A DNA stretch of 64,000 bases from Monocercomonoides exilis PA203 (Eukaryota; Protista; Preaxostyla): contig LSRY02000039.1 of the NCBI GenBank assembly GCA_001643675.2, positions 434,001-498,000 on the forward strand, written 5' to 3'. Position numbers and translations under genes: made by a program. The notes below the pieces were generated by a model. It searched no databases and was not told the origin of the DNA. It saw nothing but the letters and a program-made list of their open reading frames with translations. Position 1 is the stretch's first letter. Every line of letters starts with the position of its first letter. Below, in pieces: positions 48,540-58,479 of this stretch.

Positions 48540-51500
48540 TGTTGTTTTCTTCGTCTATTTCACAGTTCTGGAAGTGGAGAAGAGAAGAAGGCTGGATGGG
48601 ACAAGCAGCCAGTATTCTCTTCATCTTCATCTTCATCATCAGCGCGTAAAATTGATTCTTCGGATGCCTCGGCTGTGGCGGTGTCATACACGTCGGAAGT
48701 GGTGATGGACGACATCGAGAGGCAGCTGGAGTGTATGAAAATCACAGACAGTCGTTACTGAGGGAGCAACAGACGCTCGAAAAATATGTTGTGGAGTGAC
48801 ATAGCTGGTTGCATTGCACAAAAGTGTTGTGTGTGAATACGATGTGGAGCTTTCGGAGATGCTTTCGGTTCCGCTGGTGGCGCCTCTTTCGTAGCTTGCA
48901 GCGTCGGTGGGCACGAAATCGGGGAGCAAGCGGATCTTTGCATCGGCAGATGTGAATGCAATCTGTTTATAACATTGCAGCTGGCTTTGCGATCACCGCA
49001 GTCGATGCGTGTGGTGGTGAGGCTGGACGATGAAGTGATGGGGCGAGGGGTTGCAGTGTGTGAAGTGGGGGGGATTGTGGGGAAAGGGTTGGATGCGGAG
49101 AGAATGAGGAAGGAGGAAATGGTTCTATCACCAGCAGCGATTGCGCTGGAGGTGCTGGAGGAGTGGGAAGAGGCAGAGGAAGGAGAAATGGAAGAGACAG
49201 AGGGAGGTGATGGGAATGAGGAGAAAGGTGGGCGTCCGATAGCGCACAGAGAGTTTGTGGAGGGAATTAAAGAGAATCAGGGGAAGCTTGAAGAAGCGAT
49301 TGCACAGCTGGTTGTGGAGGCGCTTGGGCTGAGTCGGCTGAGGTTTGTGAAGGCAAGGACAGCTACTGAGGCGAGCGCAGGCAAAAAGTTTTCAGTGCAA
49401 CCTGAAATGCGCAATTTTTCTCCAGCAGATGGCATTCGATAGGAGATATCAAGAGCAGAAGAAGTAGCAGATGTGTCTTTAAGAATAACTTCAGATGGAA
49501 GTGAAGGAAGTGCGAGGAACAGATGGAAATATAAGTTGATCATTTGACAATAATTGAGGAAAAAGATAAATCCAATGAAGAAGTCTGGTGAAAAAAGTCG
49601 TTTGCTTAATGAGGAGTGATAATTAGAAGAGGAGGAAGAGGAGGAAAATGGAGGAAAATTTGAGTTCACCTGGAAGAACGGAGTGACGAGGTTGTTATAT
49701 CTGATCGAGTGCCGATGAGCAGTGCCTTGACACAAAAAGGCAATCAGCGAATGGTGCGTGTGTGCATTGCAAACGGTCAGACTTTTGATGTGCTGGGCAA
49801 GTTGAACATGCAGCTGCCTTGAAGCTGTGCAAAGATGCAGATGAAATGGTGGAGATCCAGTTGAGAAACAAAGTCGAAGAGGAATCAAACTTTAGAGCCG
49901 TGTGAGATTTTCATGCAGCATGGGACTAAGAGTGAAGCAGGGATGAAGCAGGCGATTGAGGAAGATTTGGCGGTTCTGTTTTTCGTACTTGTTAAATGGT
50001 TCGAGCACAAAGCTGAGGAGAACGAGTTTGTGATTGATATCTTTATTAGCCATAATGAGCTGATCCACATTGCGAATGCGCACTCTTTGATGAAGCAGCG
50101 GCTTCTGTGCTGTGGAGTGACAGCGTCGTTAGGTATTGCACATGGATAATTCAGTGAATGTGATGTTCACAACGGAAAAAAGAATTGAAGCTTCGCGGCA
50201 GAGCAGGGAAGGAGCAGAAGCATGTAATGCGAAGGTGATTCTGAGCAATTGTTCAGCGACACTATCAGTGCATGCGTTTGAGTGTGTGTTTGATGGGGCG
50301 CCTGATGCGGATAAACAGCTGATATGGCTTGGTGAGTGAATGGAGGTGGAGGTGAAGAAGGTATGGATGCGGGTTGATTCAACACGTCAAACAAGAGGCT
50401 CGGTACAGAAGAGGTGTTTATTCAGAGAAGACAGTCGAATGTTGTACAAACAATAGGGGAATGCGGCTATGATGCTTAGAACGCCATTTCTGACTGACGA
50501 CGCTTTCTCGGTGGTTGTTCCGATGGATGCTCCCATGGCATTGAAGATGGCATCAGAGAATCTGCATTATAGTTTTGTTTCTTCTTCTTCGTCGTCGTCA
50601 TCGTCAATTTCTATTATTTTTGAGTGTCTGTTCCTTCTTCTCATCCTCCTCTTCATCTCAAATTTCTCATCTGTCACATTCCTCTTCTTCTCTCTCTTCA
50701 TCAGCCTCAGCACATGCATCTCTGGAAGCACTTGCTTTGAACAGCATGTCAAATGAGTGTGTTCTGACGAGTTGCTTGTTGATGTTTCTTGTTTCATTGG
50801 CTTTTCGGTATTTGCGTAGCTCCATCGACCTCCTCATCTCCTGATGCGACGAATGGGAAGAGTGTGACGAAGGCATTGGAAGATGTTCATCTTCAAGAAA
50901 AGTGGGGGATTTGAACAGACGAGGAGACGAATGGAAGAAGCGCTTCTGCGACGAGGTGTGTGAAGATAAAGAGTATGTTCCAATGAGAAGCGGTGGGGCA
51001 TCAGCAGTGGAGAAGGAAAGAGGAGCAGACAGAGCTGATGAAAGAGATGAGGAGGAAGTGGTGGAGATGATAACAGACGAAGTGACAGCAGCTGGCAAGT
51101 CTGATGAGGTAGTTGGGGCTGCAACAGCAGCAGATTGCTGGAGGCTTCCTGGCTAAGCCAAATGAGACGGGAGGGAAGGAGAGCTTGCCTGTGTGAGTGA
51201 TTGCTGCGATGTGGCTGAGGAAGTGCGAGTGTGGAGAGAGTTTGTGTTCTGAGAGGAAGACAACGATTGAGACTGAGACTGAGATTGAGATTGTGATGAA
51301 GACTGAGGCTGAGGTTGTCTGGTGAGTGCAGGGCCTGGCGATGTGGATATAGACATCTGCTGGATGGGCTGAGAGAAGGAAAGAAGAGCAGAGAAAGAGG
51401 ACGAAGCAAGAGATGTTGGAGAAGTCAGAGAGGCCAAGGAAGAAGAAGAAGAGGAAGAAAAAGGTGGAAGGGAAGAAGAAGACGACAACGAAGAAGAAGA

Positions 51501-51760
51501 AGAAAATGTGATGGATGCAGTCGAAGATACCCCAAGCCCAATCGTCGGAGCCAACAGTGATGAAGACACAGAAGACGATGTGTTATCAAAGAAAGAGCGA
51601 AGCGTGGCTAACTCAAAAGTGGTAGAAAATGGAGTGTTTGAGGTGCTTATCTCAGAGCGGTGAGCTGTTGATGAGTGCGTGCGTGCTATTATAGTGGTTG
51701 TTTGAGTGATGGCTGGTACAGGGAAGGTGAGGGCAGTGGCTGAGACGGAGGAAAAGGAGG
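48540..51760 (+). pseudogene. Captured, decayed host gene fragment(s) of unknown family
   Basis: GC-richer, codon-like sequence with acidic/Ser tracts, many stops and frameshifts (e.g. ORF 48975-49442), enclosed by element B. Confidence 0.55.
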
Positions 51761-52520
51761 ATACTGTTAATGAAGGAGAAATAGATATAGAACAAGAAAA
51801 AGAACAAGAAGAAGAACAACAAGAAGAAGAAGATGATGATGATGAAGAGATATTGAAAATGGAGTGAAGAGGAAGGGAAGATGGAAGAGAGAAGATGAGT
51901 TTTGATAATTCTGTTTCAATACTTGCTGTTATCATCGATGAATTGGATGTTTCACTTGAATCGGAGACTGACCAGCCACTTTGATCATCACTTCCTCGGA
52001 TTTCATGCTTCTGTCCAGTAAAGTCCAATTCATCACTCATCAAAATCATTCCACTCACAGTCACTTTCTTTGGCCCTGTTTGCCTTGTGAAGCAGTGTTT
52101 CATTGTCAAACAAGGGAATTGGACGATTCCACAATGTGAGTGATCAGATGCCTCGATGTTATTCACATGTATTTCTTCTGGAGTAGGAATGAGATAGATG
52201 CACAGAGGGATAGCCACACTGTTGTTTCCGTTGTCATATCCCCTCACTCTGTCAACAGAATTCAAAGAGGCTGTAACACATGTAATATTTTGTGATTTTG
52301 CAGTCACTTCCAGATTTGGTGAAATGACAAAAATATCTCTTCCCCATTTGGCTGTATTTGTTCCGAATGAAAACAATATCAGGAAATTTGTATTCTCATT
52401 CATCAATTGAAGAAAAATTCCTCCTCCAAGACCATTTGATGCAGAGCAATAGCATCCATCACACATCCCGCCTTTCACTTTCACTTCATTTCCATTCCCA
52501 ACACATAGCATCATTGATCA
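51760..52520 (-). pseudogene. Captured fragment of a giant-receptor paralogue
   Basis: GLGGGIFLQL, TAKWGRDIFV, IPLCIYL...IHV...ASDHSHCGIVQFPCLTM: the same module junction as in the giant protein. Confidence 0.8.
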
Positions 52521-53669
52521 TCAATTCTCTGAATTCACACTTCAATATCCTGATATTGCTCTCGAATTCTGATCTTTATTTGTATTGTTATTGAAGAAAC
52601 AAATGTTGGCTATCAACTGCGAACTTTTCAATAAAAAAAGCATGTTTGAATAATAAATTAAAAAATTATATTTATATGTTAAAATTGAATGGAAACCACT
52701 AAACTTATCCGATTAACAGTTGCATCGTATATGTGTGTTCTATCTTCGCAATCATGTTGAGTTCAGGCTCATAATGCAAATGAAAAATACTAAACAAATG
52801 AAATTTTGAATTAACATTGAAAATCAAGTTTGTCAGGATAAAGAATCGAAACATACCTTGCACTTTTTATAAATAAACAATTGCAAAGTGGTTCAATCAA
52901 ATGATGCTCTTTTTCATTGAAAAACTGATATTTAAATTTTGATCAAAAAATATGATACATAATTTTTTGATTCATAATATTTTTTCTCATTTAGATGTTT
53001 GCAATAAACCAACAAACATTGTTGTGTAAGTTAGTTTTAATAATTAGAATTATGGAAACGGAATGATAATAAATTAACTTCCACGGGTCAAATTTTTGAT
53101 CTGATGTTACTTTTCAAAAAAATTCAGACAAATCTTGTTGCGTTATCCTCTAAAACATACAATTTCATATTTCTTTTGCATTTCCAGCAATATTTGTTTT
53201 TTTTAAGTATCATATTCTCCAATAGCCAGTTAACTGTTTCTTTTTCTGTTGAAAAGATTCGAAATAACTTCTTAAAGTATGTTCTCGATTCTTTTTGATT
53301 TTGCATAAGAAATATAAATTGATCAGCTTTTAAACAACAAAGCAAAAGTTATGGAAATCCAGCCAATTCATTTGTTAAATTTTTAACAATTTTTGCAAAT
53401 ATCAAATTAAATAATTAAATAAAAAATAAGAGCTGTTCAATGTTTTATTTTTTATTTATTAACAAAAAACAATAAATTAAAAAAAGCAAAACAAATTATA
53501 ACTGTATATTTATTTTTTGTCTTCTTTCTCTCTTCTCTCTTCTCTCCTTTCATTTCTCTCTTCTCTCCTTTCTCTTCTCACTTCTCTCATCTCGATTTTT
53601 TCAATTTTCATTATTATTAACTAATAATCAACTAATGTGTCAAAACTACATTTTAAATCATTTTGTATT

Positions 53670-53797
53670 GCTTCCCCCAGCTTCCCCCAGCTTCCCCCAG
53701 CTTCCCCCAGCTTCCCCCAGCTTCCCCCAGCTTCCCCCAGCTTCCCCCAGCTTCCTCCAGCTTTGCGCTGCTTCCCCCAGCTTTGTGCTGCTTCCCT
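53670..53797 (-). repeat. Minisatellite (CTTCCCCCAG)n, 8 core units
   Basis: Direct observation. Confidence 0.95.
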
Positions 53798-54954
53798 TAG
53801 CATCTTTCTTTGTATACGCTTTACGATATCAATTCTATGCAATATTGAGAGAAAATTGAAGTCACACATGTTATTATCAAAAATTTAATGAATATTCAAG
53901 ATTATTTAATAAAATAAAAGAGAGATTATAAAATCAACAAAATATAACATACAGTTTTGACTTAGCTTATAACTATTTCAAAAGCATTGCTTCGAATTGT
54001 TAATTTTGAAGATCACGTCACTGTTTTTGTTAATTAAATAAAATATAAGAAATCACGCAATATTTCATGAAACAGAAACAAAATCTAAAAAGCAAACCGA
54101 GGTATTTGAATAAAACTTTTCACCATTTAATGAGAAATGAAAATGAACAAATTATGCGATTGATCAATGCCCATAATAAAATTTTTCCTTTGAAAAATAT
54201 TTTTTTAAACAAAGAAGAAGATTCGCTATTTGCAAATAATTTTAAAAACAGTAGCAAAACATAAAGAAATGTTTGACATATCCGATTTTTCGATATTGCA
54301 TTTTCAGGGAGGTGATATCTCGCCGATATTCGATAAAAATTACGGAAAAGAAAATCAGAGCTTGCTCAAACAAGTTTATGGAAAAAATGTGATTAGTGCT
54401 TTATAAATGTGTGTGAATAAAGAAAATGAGTTTGTTGTTGATTTCAACTTGGAATAATTTGATTAATTTTGCTTTTCGAAATATTTTTCAGATGTTTTTG
54501 CCATCTTCATTGTTTTTGAGTTATATTTTTGATTTTTATTGAAGTGTTGCTTTTTTTTTTTTTTTTAGAAAAGAAGTATCAGTTTCATTATAATTTGAAT
54601 GAATTCAACACAGTATTATCAATTATGAAAAATGCGAAGTCAATGAAAAATGCAGATCGATAAAATTAATGAAGGAAAGGATTAAAAAATATTTCGCAGT
54701 GAAACAATAACAACCAATTTAATGAAAAGTTCATATAGAAAAAGTTGATAAATTAGACAACGTCTTTGTTGCAGGAGGGAAATTTGACTTCATCAAATAA
54801 TAAAACATCAAGTATTCACAATTATTTCATTTCATTTTTCGAATCGTTTTTCTTTTTTTATTTCAAAAACAGTCTAATTCATTCAATTAATTATTCATAT
54901 TTATGTATTATTATTGATGGAAGGGTAATTAACATCATTCGTTAGTATTCATAT

Positions 54955-55222
54955 GGGACGAAATTTTTGACTTCAGGCATTTTCAATGAAAAATTATGCA
55001 CTTTTCGTCAACTTTTTTTTAGCAAAAAACACAATAAAAAAGGGTTTATTTTTTTGCATTCGTGAAATGTCACAAACACTTATGTTTTGATTTCAACGAT
55101 GCATGTTTGCGGATACAAAAATCAAATTTATTTTGAAATCCGAGAAAACGAAACAAAGTTATAAGTGAAACAATTTTTTCTTGCTTTGTGCATAAAAAGC
55201 TTGAAAGTCCGTATTTTCCCCC
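54955..55222. mobile_element. MITE family B (arm duplicate), TSD ATAT
   Basis: Mirror copy of 42941-43209. Confidence 0.85.
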
Positions 55223-56501
55223 ATATTGGAAAAAAGAACAATGTTACAAATTCAAATTCTAAAAATCATTGAAGCAATTAATTTCGTTGGTCTCACTTCT
55301 TCAATAAAATATGATTTATCTGTGTTTATTTTATAACAACAAAGATATTATGAATCAACTGAAAGTGGATTTTCAGATAACATATCAATGAAAATTTTGA
55401 ATGTTAGAAATGATTTCGGAGATTTTTCTGTTGTTCTTTAATTTTTCATTTCTTCCTTCTCTCGTTTTTCTGGAACAAAACCGTTCAAAGTTAACAATAA
55501 CTGCGAATATGCCATTTAGAATTATGAAAATAACAAACTTAGTTAATAACGTTTTTGTATTTGAACTTATTTTTATGAAATCACGTTCTTCTGCAGAAAA
55601 CTGCATATCTCCTGAGTTTATTTGTCAACATTCAAAATATATGCACTGTTTTCATATTCAAAAAAATATCAAAGCGTTTTTGATTCCCATTATTTGTTCC
55701 ATATTTATGTTGCAAAAAAAAGATTGCACATATATAAAGCATTGCAATGATGACACAACTGAAATTTCAGATTTTCGCGTTTTTCCATGAACAAATCTGA
55801 AAACGGATTCGACAGAAGAAAAATATTAAACTTATGTGAAATTTGAAAAATAATTGTTGATTTTCTATTTTTTAATCTCTGTTTGTCTGTTTATTAATAC
55901 CCTATATAGTCAAATCTACTATATATTTCCTTTGGCATTTGAAATATTTCTTCTTTATCTTTTCCAATATTGACAGTAATTAATATGAGTTTATTATTTG
56001 AAACAAATATTGAATGAATGATATTCATTAAAAACTTGATTGCAGCTATTTTCATACAAAGCATTCCATCAATGAATAATCGTTTCATGGTTTTTATATA
56101 ATATTGCGCGATATAAATTCTTCATTGAATAAAAGCTTGAACTTTTATTTCGAACATGCCAATTATTTCCTCTGCGCTTGTTTGATTTATTATTAATCTA
56201 TTTTATCGACTTTAAGAAAATGAAAAATAAAAAATTTTTATCCTTTTCATATCAATAAATAAATGTGTTTATAAGAATTTCAAAAAGATAACAAACTCAT
56301 TGACAATGAGCTTGGCTAAAAATACTTTAAAAAAATATTACACTTGTTTTCTATCCTCATAGAAAAAACAAAAATATAATGTAAATGCTTGTTTCAAAAA
56401 TAAAAGAAAAAAACTTTATTATTAACAATTCTCAATTTACACATTCTCAATTTTCAAAATATGAAACAATGAAATTCTGAGATTTGCATCACATACCAGA
56501 T

Positions 56502-57871
56502 TTATTTATCATCCTCGAAAACGGTAACATCATCGTTCGTAGACTTTACAAAAATCTCAAAAAAATCATCAAAATTCTTTTCTGGATTTCTTCGATAAGT
56601 GAACTTTTGTAAATAATTGGACAAATACAGTCAAAACCGGATATAATCACATCGAATACAATCACATTCGTTAATAGTCACATTTTTCCATGCACCGACA
56701 TTTTTGGCCTATTTTTCATTCATTTTCCATCGAATATAATCACAAAGATGAAAATATATAATCACATTTCAAATTATAATGGGTGATTTTTTCAATGAAA
56801 AATCGGTTTTTTGATCAAAAATTTCAAAAAATCGATTTTTCAAAATAATGTTAAAATAAGTCTGAATAACATAATAAAACAATAAAAATTGTTATTTCTA
56901 TTGAAAATTGTGTATTTGTCATGTTTTTTCAAAAATAAAAAAATTGACCCAAAATTAATTATTTCAAAAATAAAATTTCATTTTTTTCTGTGTTTAGTCA
57001 CATCGCTTATAATCATAATCGGATATAGTCACAAAAAGTCCTGCAAAAACCGATGTGATTATATCCGGTTTTGACTGTACTTCCTTTGAACACCATGTCG
57101 AGGAAGAAAATGCCTTAAAAGTGACCAAGCTCCTTCGATTCTATTTGTATGGCACTTTGTTAATGGATCAACAAAGTGATTTTTGTGATACACAGTTCGA
57201 TGGACAAAACCAAGAGTGTCCAATGAACTGTATGCTTTCCAACAATCAGTGTTCATTATTGTGTTCTTTTTGACTTTTTGTTCAATAAGTGATTGCAAAA
57301 CTGGTTTTGTGCGATTCGGTACAATTGATAAAAACATATTGCCCCTTCCTTTTGTTGCAACAGGTCTTTCAACACCACCAACAATCCATAACAATGGTTT
57401 CCTTCTCCCAACTTTGAATTTTCTTCTGTAAAAAGCTGTTTCATCAATTTCTACAGTTTTATTTTCTCCTCCTGTTTTGAAAGGATGTTGTTGTTGATGA
57501 AAAACGATAGCTTTCCGAAATAAAGTGAAAAGCTTAGTAATTGTGGAAATACTGACTGACGCCAAAATTGCAGCTTGCAGCTGCTCCAAAAGCAACCAAA
57601 AATAAAGTGCAATAATACATATTTTTCTCAGAGGAAATTTTATTTTTTCAAAAATGGCATAACTCCTCAATGATTTTTTGCAGTGTTTGCATCTGAAATT
57701 GTAGTAATTTCCTTTTTCAAGTTAAAGATTCATGTGTTTTTAGCACTTCCAGCAGTATAACGATGATTTTATGTAATTATTGTTTTGAAGCCACGTAATA
57801 GTCTTCAACTCGTCCTGAAATAATTCGTTAAGCTCCGATAAATGTCTTTTTTCGTCTGTTTTGAAAGGCAT
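56502..57871 (-). pseudogene. Merlin-1 transposase, duplicate copy with the same lesions
   Basis: Identical 203-aa ORF at 57059-57670; same two TAA stops and same MITE insertion. Confidence 0.92.
56628..57077. mobile_element. pogo/Tc1-type MITE (arm duplicate)
   Basis: TA|CAGTCAAAACCGG...CCGGTTTTGACTG|TA. Confidence 0.92.
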
Positions 57872-58479
57872 TTAAAAATAAGTGAATCTGAAATATTTAT
57901 TAAGGGTTTGCTCCCTGAAATTTTTATTATTCCTGAGATTTTTGTAATTTATTTATCTCTCCTTTTTCGTTAAATAAATACATTTTTTATTGAAATAGAA
58001 TAAAAAATAAACTTCTGTTTTCCATAAAAAAGTTTTCAATTCCAAAGTCGCTGAAATCATTTCTTACCACTTTTATTTATTTATGTGATCCACCTGATGT
58101 TTAATTTATATTTGTTTGCAACGGAACACAAATAGCATTATTTGTTACTTTATAATTGAAAAATATTTATTTTGCATTTTTTTTTTCAAACATTCACTTT
58201 TTTAGATATATTAATGTTTATTTTTTTTTAGCAACGATCATAATATCATTTTATGAACAAAATTCGCATAGTTTAACATTGATAAAGCAAAAAAAGCTCG
58301 ATGTTAAGAAACAAAAACAATGCACAATATAAAAGTTTGTGTTTTGTTCTGAAAAAATGAATTGTTAAAATGAGTATTTATTTGTCTTTCAAGTTTATTT
58401 GATAAATCACATTTAAAAGTGATTGAAGATTAGATGTGAAGCAGAACGAGAAGGAGAGGAAGCACTGTTTGTATGGAAT

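Larger units (their letters stand above)
47930..53125. mobile_element. Gene-capturing non-autonomous TIR element B (~5.2 kb, older, diverged TIRs, TSD AAACAAAT/AGACAAAT)
   Basis: Left end GGCAAAATTTTTTTGAAAAGT...ATTCCGTTCCCAT; right end (rc) GAATTTTTTTGAAAAGT...ATTCCGTTTCCAT; excision rejoins the Merlin-2 codons R-F-V-C. Confidence 0.72.
44797..53306 (-). pseudogene. Second Merlin transposase (Merlin-2) split into three pieces: 53306-53126, 47929-47375, 44961-44797
   Basis: Excising the two inserts gives MQNQKESR...KYCWKCKRNM...NATRF|VCRHKQ...VEIDEAVFPKRKYNRGR...FTDCWKGY...HETVNHSKRFVDPITKAHTQ|RIEST(fs)YLLRKYLPPYGVRKKYLEEYLDAFTFQRNP...IKLNN*. Confidence 0.88.
40098..58068. mobile_element. 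~18-kb compound Merlin (IS1595-related) transposon with ~4.7-kb inverted arms and 8-bp TSD
   Basis: ACTTTTAT|GGTAAGAAATG...CATTTCTTACC|ACTTTTAT (TSD 40090-40097 and 58069-58076); arms 40098-44861 and 53354-58068 are near-identical reverse complements. Confidence 0.88.
53354..58068 (-). repeat. Right arm of the large inverted repeat
   Basis: Reverse complement of 40098-44861, differing mainly in minisatellite copy number and single-base indels. Confidence 0.95.

Noticed and set aside
40098-58068. Large inverted repeat as a fold-back assembly artefact
   Set aside because: A unique 8.5-kb core, different minisatellite counts, and an 8-bp TSD exactly at transposon-type ends are not expected from an artefact. 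Read confirmation is still needed.
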